Of a stretch of 64,000 bases of DNA, positions 1 to 11,687 are shown piece by piece. The position numbers and the translations under genes are program-made. The notes below the pieces were generated by a model. That model worked only from the letters and a program-made list of their open reading frames with translations. It did no database searches and had not been told where the DNA came from. Each line of letters begins with the position of its first letter. Position 1 is the stretch's first letter. The DNA comes from a virus. The DNA lies in IMG/VR virus record IMGVR_UViG_3300034105_003891, positions 2,593-66,592 of that record, one strand, 5' to 3'.

Positions 1-88
1 AAGAAGTGTTAAAATTATTAAGAGAACTCGATAATGAAATTTGCGAAGTAGAATCTATTAAAGATTGGTTTGAAAAATTTAAAAAGAA

Positions 89-1445
89 ATGAAAGAAATA
101 GAAACAGAAGTAAATGTATATGATGTACGTTTAGATGTACATGGGTATTACTCTCCAGCAGAACCAATGGTTATGTATTATCCAGATGGATCTGGTTATC
201 CAGGATGTTCTGCTGAGTTTGAAATATCATCAGTTAAGTTAGAAGGAATAGTTATCACTGATTTACTTAGTTATGATGTATACAATGAAATAATAGAGAA
301 AGTAATAGAAAATATAAACAACTAAACTTATGATACCAACAGCAGAAGAATTATTAAGGAATAAATATAAACTAACTGGAGACAGAGGTGAATTAAGGAT
401 TAACCAAATAGTACTATTTATGACTGAGTTTGCAAAACTTCACGTAGAAGGTGCTAAAGAACAATTTAAAATAGTATTCAGTGAAATAGATGATCCTTAT
501 CCATTTGAGTACAATGATCCATTAGAAGATGTTTATCCTTTAACAAATATAAAATAGAAACTATGCAAACAGCAGTAGAATGGTTAGCAGAACAATTTGA
601 TAGTATTGTAGAATTGTATCCAAGTCAATTTGAAAAAATTAATAATGCTATTACACAAGCCAAAGAAATGGAAAAGCAACAAATTATTGAATTTGCAGAT
701 AAATATGATGCTTATGTAGTTCAAGGTGGTACTTTGACAGCAGAACGATACTATAACAAAACATTTAAACAAAACTAATTATGAAGATTATTAATGGTAG
801 ATGTGTTGATGATAACAACAATCCTGTAGACAATTTTAATGTTACAGAGTTCTTAAAAATAGGAGAGAATGTAAAGAAGATGTATGGGGAAGATATAACA
901 TATAGTAGAATCAATCTTGTTTCTGCTATTAAATCTCTTACACCACAACAAGAAGACTCTCTTGCTTATATATTAAGTCAAGATGGATTAATTGCAAAAC
1001 TAGCAGGATATTAGTTATGGAAATAAGTAAAGAGTTCATTCCGTATGAACAAGCATCAGCTCTTAAAGAATTAGGATTTGATAAACCTTGTTTTGGTGAT
1101 TATTATAAATTTGATAATAATGATATACATTTAGATACAGCTGATGATAGACATCGTATAATAACTGACAATAAAGATGAAGTTATTATAGAAATATCTG
1201 CCCCACTTTATCAACAAGCATTTAGATGGTTTAGAGAGAATTATGATTTAGTACACACAGTTTATTCAAATGCAAGTGGTTACATTTGGGAATTACACTA
1301 CAACCAAGAAAGAGGCGGTACTCATATTTGTGATTCAGGAGAAAGTGGAGACTGTGAAATGAGCGGAATGTTTACAACATACGAAAAAGCAGAACTTGAA
1401 TGTCTTAAAAAATTAATAGAAATCATAAAAGAAAAGAACCAATGA
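89..1445 (+). other. Five tandem small hypothetical phage ORFs (89-325, 330-557, 563-778, 781-1014, 1017-1445)
   Basis: Tightly packed co-directional ORFs with A-rich leaders; no recognisable catalytic motif. Confidence 0.75.
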
Positions 1446-1921
1446 AAGACTGGCTAAGAGCAAGCATAGAGATAACAAAACCCATACTTCTATTTGATTT
1501 AGATGGAGTTATCTGTGATTTTGATAAGAGAGCCAAGGAGTTGGAGGCTGAGGGTATTAAGGGTACCAAACTATTTAGTCACCCTTCAGCGTACAAGGAT
1601 CTGGAACCCATAGAGGGAGCAATAGAAGCTTGGCATGCTCTTCAAGATAAATATGAAACCTATATCCTTTCCACCCCACCCTGGTCGAATCCAGATGCCT
1701 GGGGTGAGAAGAGAAGATGGGTGGAGGAACATCTTGGCAAGTCAGCGCATAAGAAACTAATACTCTGCCACAACAAAGGTCTAGTGAGAGGTGATTTTCT
1801 AATCGATGACAGGATAGCAAATGGTGTTGCCGATTTTCAAGGGGAGCACATACACTTTGCAACACAACAATACCCGGACTGGACATCAGTCCTAGAGAAA
1901 CTTCTAACCAAAACCAAATAA
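1442..1921 (+). CDS. 5'(3')-deoxyribonucleotidase (NT5C-type HAD)
   Basis: FDLDGV motif I, ILSTPPW, K..W, GDFLIDDR motif IV. Confidence 0.9.
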   Translation: MKDWLRASIEITKPILLFDLDGVICDFDKRAKELEAEGIKGTKLFSHPSAYKDLEPIEGAIEAWHALQDKYETYILSTPPWSNPDAWGEKRRWVEEHLGKSAHKKLILCHNKGLVRGDFLIDDRIANGVADFQGEHIHFATQQYPDWTSVLEKLLTKTK

Positions 1922-1922
1922 C

Positions 1923-2354
1923 ATGTCAAGAGAATTCATAACCCATATGCAAGGTAAATTCCCAGAACTAGACATCGAAACCATCACAGATCTAGTTGAC
2001 AAGAATGTAGCAGAAATTAAACCCAACCCAGAAAATCCGGATCAGTCAGTTAAGATCTTTCCTGGATCAGATCTGAACAAGAACATCATCATCAAAATCA
2101 TCTCTGAATATCTAGAGTCCCAACAGAAGGCAAGAAAATTCTACTACACAGTGGATATTGATGTGGCAGACTTCGGTGATGATGTACTAGAGTGCACAGG
2201 TAGCAAACTAGTTACCATCTACGAGATTATCAACAATGAACCACAGCAGATGGAATTGATAGGCATGGATCTAGGCGAGGATGCTGAGCAAGAGGTAAGA
2301 GAGTACATGGCAGAAAAGCATCCGGATGTGAATCCAGAAGTGGATAGACTCTAA
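1923..2354 (+). CDS. Hypothetical acidic protein
   Basis: 143-aa ORF coupled to NT5C, followed by hairpin AATCCACC-TTCAT-GGTGGATT plus T-run. Confidence 0.7.
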   Translation: MSREFITHMQGKFPELDIETITDLVDKNVAEIKPNPENPDQSVKIFPGSDLNKNIIIKIISEYLESQQKARKFYYTVDIDVADFGDDVLECTGSKLVTIYEIINNEPQQMELIGMDLGEDAEQEVREYMAEKHPDVNPEVDRL

Positions 2355-2460
2355 GAATCCAAATAAAATCATAATCAAATCCACCTTCATGGTGGATTTT
2401 TTGTGGAATCTGGTCAAAAACCGGTCATCATTGGCATGCCAACAGGTAGATATATAGCAC

Positions 2461-2919
2461 ATGAAGCATCTACACACATTCTCCCAACACGTCAACGAAT
2501 CGGAATCCAGGGAACTCACCAGACAGGAGTTTAATGATCTTGCGGTGCAGTCCCTAGGAAATAGAGAACTCTACAGATGGGATCCAATAAACAAAGAGGA
2601 GGAAGCATCACTCGTCTCTCTCTTCGATTACATAAATTTTAAAAATGAAGACGGCAGTTACTATAAAAAGCTAACAGGAGAGGATCTAAGATTCAGAATG
2701 GTAATCAACCAGGATAGAACAGAAATAGGAAGGCAAGGTTACCCTAGAATACAGGTTGGTAAAATCTCCACCACCATGTGGACGGTGGACACCTCAGATG
2801 ACATCCCTGGTGAGACCTATCTTTCCAACTCCTACAACACTTTCAAGTCTCTACAAGATGCCATAGCATTCATTGCCGCCAAGTACGGACCAGGAATAGA
2901 ATGGGATCAAATTAGGTAA
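2461..2919 (+). CDS. Hypothetical protein with MKH-type N-terminal motif (putative head-packaged)
   Basis: Starts MKHLHTFSQHVNESE; GATATATA 4 nt upstream. Confidence 0.75.
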   Translation: MKHLHTFSQHVNESESRELTRQEFNDLAVQSLGNRELYRWDPINKEEEASLVSLFDYINFKNEDGSYYKKLTGEDLRFRMVINQDRTEIGRQGYPRIQVGKISTTMWTVDTSDDIPGETYLSNSYNTFKSLQDAIAFIAAKYGPGIEWDQIR

Positions 2920-2923
2920 CAGC

Positions 2924-2992
2924 ATGAAACACATACATACATTCTCCCAGCATCCCCACGAATCTCAGCAACTCACACCAGCCCTAGCCTGA
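2924..2992 (+). pseudogene. Truncated remnant of an MKHxHTFSQH gene start
   Basis: Near copy of the 5' ends of 2461 and 4181, stops after about 22 codons. Confidence 0.45.
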
Positions 2993-3044
2993 CAGGTAAA
3001 AAAAATAATTTATCGGGTGGATATATAAAAAAAACAACAGAAAA

Positions 3045-3530
3045 ATGAAACACGTAACACCTTTTGAGATTTTTGAAAATGAGAATATGGAATCACTAAT
3101 TCCCAAAATTGCTATTTTTAGCGAGGGTGACTACGATAAACTAAAGGAATACATAAAATCCAATAACATAAAGACTGATCTCATTCCTCACCATTTCACA
3201 TACGAGAAATATTACAGAGATAATATTAAACGTGGTGAGAGAGGCAATAATTTTTTCTATATCATCAACGATAAGGTTATGCTGTACCCAAGTCCAGGAT
3301 ACGATAAGGAATCAAAAAAACTAACCGATAGGGATCTGAATTTTCCCAAATCGCACAGAGCTGCATATATTAAGGATTTTAGGAATATCACCTTAGAGAA
3401 TCTTTATAATAATTCCGAAGAAATACTCGGATACTCAATATTTCTACTGGACAAACTTATAACAAAGGCAAAGGGAATGACAAAAACCAAAAGAACACCA
3501 TTCAAAGTGACACCATTTAATGAGGATTAA
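3045..3530 (+). CDS. Hypothetical protein, MKH-type N-terminus
   Basis: MKHVTPFEIFENE; GATATATA upstream. Confidence 0.75.
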   Translation: MKHVTPFEIFENENMESLIPKIAIFSEGDYDKLKEYIKSNNIKTDLIPHHFTYEKYYRDNIKRGERGNNFFYIINDKVMLYPSPGYDKESKKLTDRDLNFPKSHRAAYIKDFRNITLENLYNNSEEILGYSIFLLDKLITKAKGMTKTKRTPFKVTPFNED

Positions 3531-3610
3531 AAACACAAATAATTCCATTGCTTGAATAAAAATTAGATAAAAACACAGGATACTACCTGTAAATATAAAT
3601 AACAATCAAA

Positions 3611-4150
3611 ATGAAACACATAAAGGTATACGAATCATTCGAATCTTTAGATTCATCCGCTGATAAGATCATAGTGGTAAAGATATTTTTTTATTCTGTG
3701 GAGGAGGGAGAGACTAAAATGATCGGAATTTCTAAGGGATCTACACTACAAAAAACATTCGACGAACTAATTGTTGCACTATCCGAGTGGATAGGGGTAG
3801 ACGAGGAAACTCCAGGGGATTGGAAATACGAAATACCAGAAAATTCAACACCAGAAAAACTTGAAAACATTCTGAGGAATTGGGCTGACACGTGTGGTTG
3901 GTATGAATATGATGATAAGGATAAAATTGAGGTTAAAATTTTTGAATGTTCATCTGTTGCTCAAAGGGAACTTGATGCTATTAATATGGTAAGAAGAATA
4001 TCATACAAACCTAATATTGAAATCAGTAAGGAATATGCAGAAGCATTTAATCATCCTGGAAAAAGCACAGGGGAGATTGAGGAGATTGTTGATAGATTGA
4101 CTCCTGGCGAAGAAAATGAAAAAATAATTGATTTTATATCGTCATATTAG
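3611..4150 (+). CDS. Hypothetical protein, MKH-type N-terminus
   Basis: MKHIKVYESFES. Confidence 0.75.
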   Translation: MKHIKVYESFESLDSSADKIIVVKIFFYSVEEGETKMIGISKGSTLQKTFDELIVALSEWIGVDEETPGDWKYEIPENSTPEKLENILRNWADTCGWYEYDDKDKIEVKIFECSSVAQRELDAINMVRRISYKPNIEISKEYAEAFNHPGKSTGEIEEIVDRLTPGEENEKIIDFISSY

Positions 4151-4180
4151 ATTGATATAAACATGTTTCTAGAATAGCAC

Positions 4181-4630
4181 ATGAAACACCTACACACATT
4201 CTCACAGCATCTTAACGAATCAGCCTTGCTCAATCTACCAGACGGGGTAAGCAAGATGGATAATAAAACTTATGTAGATCTGGAGAGAAGACTCGGGAGG
4301 GAAAATCTTGGTGAGCCATTCACTGAGGAGGAGAAAAAGAAATTGGATGGCGTCCGTCAGTTACTCAGATTTGAAAAATACCCACGGGAGAATGACTATG
4401 AATTTGTGATGGTCCGCGAGTGGAGTTTGAATGCGGTTGGAAATGCTGGATATTCACCACCAGCAGCATGGCTTAAGAAGATGCGACAGGGGACATATGC
4501 TATGGCAATAGTTTTTGAAGATGGATATAAGAATCCCACAAAATACCACACCTCAAAATCACTGGACCAAATAATTCTATGTGTTAATGATTTGGTGGAT
4601 ACTGAGATTGAGTGGATCGAAATCGGATAA
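4181..4630 (+). CDS. Hypothetical protein, MKH-type N-terminus, paralog-like to 2461
   Basis: MKHLHTFSQHLNES; similar C-terminus (IEWIEIG vs IEWDQIR). Confidence 0.75.
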   Translation: MKHLHTFSQHLNESALLNLPDGVSKMDNKTYVDLERRLGRENLGEPFTEEEKKKLDGVRQLLRFEKYPRENDYEFVMVREWSLNAVGNAGYSPPAAWLKKMRQGTYAMAIVFEDGYKNPTKYHTSKSLDQIILCVNDLVDTEIEWIEIG

Positions 4631-4772
4631 ATCCCAAGAGGCCCGACCACCAATAGATGGACACACAAAAAAGCAGACTCAAGGTCTGCTTTTTTATCGG
4701 TGGCATTTTTACTGACAAATTATACCTTTATACTCTTGTATAAACCTATCACCTTTCTAAGCTGATCAGGAG

Positions 4773-5021
4773 TTATACCAATTGGGTGTCCTCCTTGTTT
4801 AGGTAATCAACACCATTAGGTCTGTTTGCATCAGGAACCACTTTCCACTTTTCTTTGCCATCCGTCCAGCTGGTTCCGGAATTGTCAGGCACCACTGTGA
4901 ATGTTTGTCCTACAAAATCTTTATACCAATACATCGGGTTGTCACATTTGGTGATTCTTACTCGAGTCACACTCTCCCCGTAAGGGGACTCTAAATTGTC
5001 AAATAGTTTTATATGTTTCAT
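4773..5021 (-). CDS. Hypothetical protein, MKH-type N-terminus
   Basis: MKHIKLFDNLES; GATATATA on minus strand near 5040-5047. Confidence 0.7.
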   Translation of the reverse strand: MKHIKLFDNLESPYGESVTRVRITKCDNPMYWYKDFVGQTFTVVPDNSGTSWTDGKEKWKVVPDANRPNGVDYLNKEDTQLV

Positions 5022-5367
5022 TATATTGATTTTTTCATCTATATATCATGGGTGAGGATCGAAATCAGGTAAACCCACTAAGGGCCGGCCGTCAGAGAGC
5101 ATACCACCACCATCACCTATAAATCTACATAAAGAGATCAACTTCATTAGAGTGCGTTTAAGCGACAACAATCTCATAACCCATATCTACATACTCATAG
5201 ACAATTACATCATAGCCACGAGTAAGTAACACATCACATTCACATAGAAGCAACTCACATTCATCTCATATATTAAGTAGCAAGACAGAGAACCTATAGA
5301 CATAGAGTAAGAGATCTAGCTAGAGAGTAACCACAACCATTTCTCTAGAGAGATAGACAAGAGAATA

Positions 5368-5547
5368 CCAACTCATATAGGAAGCTTCTAAGCCATCGCA
5401 GGAACCAAACCATATAGAGAGACAGCAAATGAAAACTGAGGGAGCACTGGCCAGTAGATCCCAACTCACATAGGAAGCTTCTAAGGGATCGCAGGAACCA
5501 AACCATATAGAGAGACATAGATGGGAAACTGAGGGAGCACTGGCCAG
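5368..5547. repeat. Tandem duplication, two 87-bp copies, 93-bp period
   Basis: 5368-5454 and 5461-5547 (CCAACTCAyATAGGAAGCTTCTAAG...GAGGGAGCACTGGCCAG). Confidence 0.9.
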
Positions 5548-6058
5548 GTAATCGCGTTTTAGAGGCCCTTTTGGAATCCCCTCTCCAGGCGTGAGTTCCC
5601 ACCCAGGGCCATATTAACAAGATTTCCTCGTCGCCCCGTTTCACCACTTCTCTCCACATCTTACCACTTCTTTCCACTGGGCAAGAGTTCCCAACAGAAA
5701 TCTGCATTTTCTTTTAGAAAAAATAAATATTTTATATATCCTAGATTCTAGGTCCGGTCTCCTAGTATCACCTTATCCATCTCGCCTCGTACTCTACCTC
5801 TATCTCTTCTCTCTTCATGCGGTATTGACCCATTGCCTCTCTATTAGAGACGGAACATCTTATGTGATGGGATTTTATTAGGTGGTTTTATTGGTATTCA
5901 CTATCGGGTTGGGCCGGGTCCTCTGGGTTGGCCTCCCCAAAATGGCTTCCCTCACCTACACCCCGACTTGCCTTTTTGATGGTGAAAACACGGGTTGGCT
6001 TCCAAAGAGCCATTTTAGGGGGACTAACCCGCGACATTTCCCCTTGGATATATAAGGT

Positions 6059-6730
6059 ATGAAAAACCTGAAGTTATACGAATCCTGGAAGCCAGAGTGG
6101 CCAGAGTGGGCTGACACACCTCAGCCAGAAGAAGCCGGTAGAGAGATAGAGCACACGGAAGCCGAGCAGCTCTTCACACCCATCTACACTACAGATGAAG
6201 AACCCTATCCTGATAGTCCAAAGAGAAGTGGCAACGGTCAACCTGACTTTGACATTGTGATGGACAAGACACCGGAGCGAGCCATCTGGGCGGTTGAAGT
6301 GATTGAGGATGCTGTGCCTAATGATTACAAGTCTTTGTGGCACACCGATGATGAAGACGACCAGTACATCACTGACACTGACTCCATTCTTGACTTTGCC
6401 ACTGATGAATTCAAAGCGGGTCGGTATGCGGAAGGCATTGAGTCATGGCAAGACACCGTGGAGGACTTCTCTAAGAAAGAGAGAATCTGTCTGGTTAAAC
6501 TTGTCTCACCAGAGGATGTGGATTTCATTCTGGAAGATCTATATGATTATCTGCGTCCCGGCTATGCTACATATGTTGCTAAACAAAGGGTACCCCGGCC
6601 GGGTTACACTGCTAATTATTTAACTTTAAAGGAGGGCGAGATTGCTAGAGTGAAGAGAGCGATCTCGACATTGTTAAGATATAAGAAGCGAATCGAATCA
6701 AACACCGTCGGCGGGCCTACACAAGCTTAA
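6059..6730 (+). CDS. Hypothetical acidic protein, MKN-type N-terminus
   Basis: MKNLKLYESW; GATATATA 4 nt upstream. Confidence 0.75.
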   Translation: MKNLKLYESWKPEWPEWADTPQPEEAGREIEHTEAEQLFTPIYTTDEEPYPDSPKRSGNGQPDFDIVMDKTPERAIWAVEVIEDAVPNDYKSLWHTDDEDDQYITDTDSILDFATDEFKAGRYAEGIESWQDTVEDFSKKERICLVKLVSPEDVDFILEDLYDYLRPGYATYVAKQRVPRPGYTANYLTLKEGEIARVKRAISTLLRYKKRIESNTVGGPTQA

Positions 6731-7697
6731 TCTTAGCACACCATGGAGTCCACTCTCCCGAGTCCAGTCCGGAACCCGGCCACATGAATGGCCATTCATT
6801 TTTCAAAAGCTAAAGTACAACAAATCCTCGGAATAAAAAAATATTCCGAGGATTTTTTTTATTCGAAATGTTTTCATATATTTGCATGGATAAAATTAAG
6901 GAACATTATAATGGGTGAAGTAAAGGTGACATGTTCCGAATGTGGGACGGTGATTAAGATGACTGAGGGTAAATCCTCGGATGGCGATTACTTGATAACG
7001 AAATGTTCCTGTGGAATAACAGTCGGAAAAAAGAAATAATAACAAGGCCCCACCTACATACTATGTTAGTAAGATACTATGTCTGGGACCACGAAACACG
7101 AACTATGCGCAGACTTAAGAACGGATGGGAGATCGCGGGAGCATTAATACTATGCGGAGCCCTCGCGACTGTGATTATATACATATCTGGATTATCTGGT
7201 TGTGTGAAAGACCAAGAGGAGATTAATCCAGTAGTAGCTACCATGATGGTTGCTCTCTACTTGTTCACACTCATCTGGAGCCGACCCGACTAAGGCCCAC
7301 CTAGATAGTATGTTAGTAAGATACTATGTCTGGGACCGATCTCGCACACATACACGAACTAAACTAATACACGATGAAGACTTACGAATTAAACACCACT
7401 TATGCCAACTACACTGTCTATCTAATAAATGCGGGCTCGTATGCGAACGGCCGTAAAGCTATACGCATAGTGGACGTGGAAGATGGCTCACCCATCATGA
7501 CAGCCACGGTGAACCTGCCTGATGTGCATTTAGAGGAGGATGAGGTGATCATTAAGAACTACTCAGAGAACGAAGGGTGCTTGCCCTTTCTTGTTGCCAA
7601 CGGTGTTGTGTCTCCTGCCATCAGAGGGGTTGGCCACGGTATGGCTGTTGTGAAGCTTCTGATAGACATAGATGATATATAGAGAAAACTCTATAGA

Positions 7698-8117
7698 ATG
7701 AAACATTTAATGCTTTTCGAAAGCTTCTTCCACCGAGGTGCGATTGATCCAACCGCTTTGCAATTGGTTAAAATCGGCGGTGCAAATAATCCGGCTTTAG
7801 GATTCCTTAAAAAGAACGATATTAATGTACTCACCGAAGCAGGTATAGAGACCACTATCGTCGGTGAAATCACACCCAAAGACAACTACGCTTTCTGGGA
7901 TGTCGATGGGATTTTATCCGATCCTTACTATGTGGCTTTTAGCCATCCAGGTAGGGAAAATTCACTCATGGCCAAGGAGAAGAACTTTGATATATTTCCT
8001 GGTAAAATATACCACAGGAAGAAGGGCGGTTGGACCAAAGAAAGTGTGCATGATTACATTGACACACTGAACATGTCTAACCTTCGAGATAAACTACACG
8101 CAGTTAAAAAAACCTGA
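7698..8117 (+). CDS. Hypothetical protein, MKH-type N-terminus
   Basis: MKHLMLFESF; GATATATA upstream; terminator follows. Confidence 0.7.
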   Translation: MKHLMLFESFFHRGAIDPTALQLVKIGGANNPALGFLKKNDINVLTEAGIETTIVGEITPKDNYAFWDVDGILSDPYYVAFSHPGRENSLMAKEKNFDIFPGKIYHRKKGGWTKESVHDYIDTLNMSNLRDKLHAVKKT

Positions 8118-8263
8118 TTGGAAAATCAGGTTTTTTTGTGCGCGGATGTTATGTGCACGCAGCATACACCGAGGGTGAAATTGGGTAGTAAAAAATATTT
8201 TGAAATTTCATGAATTTATTTGAAAAGATGTCATATATTTGCAAAACAAAATCAAACAAATCA

Positions 8264-8599
8264 ATGAGAGCATTCCACGCAACATCGGCATCAAATGTAC
8301 CATCCATCCAAAAAGATGGTCTGATCATCAAATGGGATTATGTTTACCTTACCGATTCAATCGATTCAGCACTCCGTTGGATTGGCTTCAGATTGCAAGT
8401 CACAGGTGAGAACACAATCGCTGTGATCGAAGTTGAAGTGGAAGCCTCAAAGCTTGAGGAAGGCATAGACCATTCACCGATGATGGAGAGCATATTCGGT
8501 GTTGGTAAATCATGGACCTCATCGGAACCAATTCCTGCTACTTCCATAAGGGAAGTGCATCTATATAGCATTAACAATAAAAAGACCCAATATGCCTAG
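8264..8599 (+). CDS. Putative ADP-ribosyltransferase-fold protein (KptA/Tpt1-like)
   Basis: FHAT...I...GL...VYLT pattern and C-terminal IP..SI; start chosen after the TATATTTG promoter. Confidence 0.5.
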   Translation: MRAFHATSASNVPSIQKDGLIIKWDYVYLTDSIDSALRWIGFRLQVTGENTIAVIEVEVEASKLEEGIDHSPMMESIFGVGKSWTSSEPIPATSIREVHLYSINNKKTQYA

Positions 8600-9116
8600 T
8601 CAAATTAAAAAAAGAACCTGGTGTACCCCATGCCAGGAGTTCGAACTATTCGAATCACATCTCACATCAGGGATAACGGTGTTGGATGCTGAGGGCAAGG
8701 AGATAAAGAAATTATCGAAGACAACTTGCGATATATGCGGTAATGAATATGTACCTTATAGCCTGTCCGAGGTGCCTGAGGAGAAGATTCAGGAACAAAG
8801 AGCAAGATACAAAAAGATGAAGAGAGAGAAATTCATCAAGATGTTAAGTGTCTATCAGGATATGAGCAGATCAAATATACTTGCCGATATGATGAGGGGG
8901 GTTGGTGACAAGTCAATCGGATACACGGTGAGAGAGGATGATGCAGGGCAAGAAGCGATTGATTCGGAGGAGAGAGCACAGAGAGAAGCTAGCAGATTGG
9001 CAGAGCAAGAGTTCAAAGCCAAGTACCACGGTGCACAACGCAATGACAAATGCCGATGTGATTCGGGATTAAAATATAAGAAGTGTTGCTTACCGAAGGT
9101 TGATGCAATCCAATAA
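8592..9116 (+). CDS. SEC-C motif and Zn-ribbon protein
   Basis: C-terminal RNDKCRCDSGLKYKKCC; N-terminal CxxC pairs. Confidence 0.8.
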   Translation: MPSQIKKRTWCTPCQEFELFESHLTSGITVLDAEGKEIKKLSKTTCDICGNEYVPYSLSEVPEEKIQEQRARYKKMKREKFIKMLSVYQDMSRSNILADMMRGVGDKSIGYTVREDDAGQEAIDSEERAQREASRLAEQEFKAKYHGAQRNDKCRCDSGLKYKKCCLPKVDAIQ

Positions 9117-11663
9117 ACATGCTATGTTAGTAACATACTATCCATACGCGTACATTTAAAATGAGAAATCCAATAAAAATATGGTGGAGCAACCTTTATC
9201 CTTATGAGAGGGTTAGCATAATCAACGCTATAATTCTCACAATTAAATGGATTCTGATAGGAATATTTTTCATTCACTTAATAAATAAATACTTATGCTA
9301 ATAGTTGCAATGGGGTTTGCAGGTTTCCTAGTTGGAATCGGAATCGGAGGTTATTTTGGAAAGATGTCAGAGAGAAGAGATTGGGACAAGCTCATAAAGG
9401 ATGGTGTCCTACCTATCCCAGGCCAACGGTGGAAACCAGAGGATTACAAAAAATCCGAAAAATCCGAAAAATAATTTTTTTCTTTAAAAAAGATTCCATA
9501 TATTTGCCATGTAATTAAAAACAAATATTATGGATAAATTTAAAACACAAAGGAAAAAACTTAAAGAACTAGAAGGTAAATTTTCTCTCTCTTCGTATTA
9601 TTGCACCGCACTCGACTGCTTAGATAACACATATATGACACCACCAAGAACCAGATTAGATAGCAATATTTATAATGGGTTATCGTTCATAGGAGAAAAT
9701 AATGGTCTCACTATAGATAGATTTTATCACTTCACCCCATTTTATTTATGGCTTCATGATTTCACTAAAAATAAGTATAATGGCACGGAAAGATGTCAAA
9801 TAAGAATAAATGCGGAGGATTTAGATACTCTCAATGAACTAATAGATTCTGGCGAATTTAAGAGTAAATATAAATTCATTTCAGATAAAATTGATTTATC
9901 TGATGAAAATTACGATTTGGAGCTATTAACTATTAAAAGAACCTTAATTTCATGGAGGTCAGCAATGAGAAGAAAATCGAACAAATCGTCAAAAGAAATA
10001 TGGTTTCTTTTAAATGGCATAGATACATTTCCTATTAAGTAAAAACAAATATTATGGCACATATAATAAAAGATATTGAAATAGACGGAGACTTATATGA
10101 TATAAAGTATTTCTTCGACGCGGACCAATCAGAAGATGGAATAGACATCTATAGAGCAGACGACGGTGCTCACATTGGAGAGATGATGGGAAGAGGATTT
10201 CCTGATCCCGATGATGAAGATGATATGGAGTACATCAAAAAGGAATTAAAGGACTGGTTAGATAACAACATATAATATGGCAAAGAGAAAAACCATCGGT
10301 GTTATAGAGATGATCGATTATGCCAACACCCAACTTGCAAGAAAGGATTCAGATGCCACAAAGGAATTCAAAGAAGGTGTTTGTGTGATGATTGAAAGAA
10401 TAATGTTTGATACAGATTGTTATTCTGGATTTCGATTCCTAGATAATAATGATTGCGAGATTCGAACATTAGGTCATGCCTCCAGAAAATATTACAAACC
10501 AGTCTTTAAAAAATAAAAAAATATTTTTTTATTTGTAAATGATTTATTATATTTGTCCTGTAATTAAAATAACAAATAACATGATGATTGGAAAAACAAC
10601 CCACGGGGAAGAAGAAAAATGTAAGGAAGCTTGGAAAAAACATCAAAATGGTGCTCATGAGGATGACCTGATACCTTATACAGAATTTAGAAGTGAGTAT
10701 GGATTACCCGATATAGAGGAAGAGGAGGATGCTTGGGATGATGATGGATCCGATGATTGGGATGATTATAACAATAATAACAATAATTATGATGAATAAT
10801 AAAAGAGTACTAGCAAGGTATCCGAATGCCATAGCACAGAGATTTGAAACTGAATTCGAAGAGGGATTTAGAGGTAAGGGTGTACCTGTCTATATCATTA
10901 AAGAAAATGAAGATCCAATATACACAATAGGATTTGGCTACACAGAAAAGGAAGCTTGGCAGATGGCAACGTCATGGTTAAACAATAAACCATCAAATTC
11001 CTCGACCTATATGGGTTATTTAATTAAGGATGCCATATTAGATATGGAATAATTTTTTTATTCAAAAATAATTTATTATATTTGCTCCGTAATCAAAACC
11101 CAATACAACCATGCTATCTTATCCAGCTGATCCAGAAAAACTAAAGGAGATACTTGAAATAGAAGAGACACTTCGATTTTTATTTGTAAGAAGAGGAATA
11201 CCAACAAATAACGAAATTAAAACTTCAGCCAGGTTAACACAAAAATACAAGGCACTTATGAATTGGGACCAACAAATATTAACAGGACCAATTTACCCAA
11301 CCACTTAAACTAGACAATCATGCCAGAATTAACTAGGGATCAAAAAATGGAAAAGATAAGAACCAATGTGGAAGTTTATCTTATCAAAAATGCAGAATCC
11401 TGTAATGTACCAATCACATCATTATTTAATGATGAAGCGAAGAATCATATCGTAAACATCGGAACGGCCATCATGGCAAATAAATTAGGTATCGAAACAT
11501 ATCCTGGATCATTCGTCAGAGCAATTTTGGATAACGACCTTTATGAAGCAATCAATAGAGCGGACTCAGTCAACAGAGGTGCTATTGCTTTCTATGTCAC
11601 GATGATTCATAATCTTGGCATTAATCTTGCACCATAATATTTTTTTATTACATAAAGTATTAT

Positions 11664-11687
11664 AAAGAGGCTTCGGCCTCTTTTTTT
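11664..11687 (+). terminator. Intrinsic terminator, same hairpin repeated at 13004-13028
   Basis: AAAGAGGC-TTCG-GCCTCTTT plus T-run. Confidence 0.9.

Noticed and set aside
1-1445. CpG-poor segment as a separate mobile element
   Set aside because: Composition looks different by eye, but there is no integrase, att site or boundary repeat; may be ordinary phage mosaicism
5345-5707. 120-aa minus-strand ORF
   Set aside because: Product of the 93-bp DNA duplication; no promoter or leader
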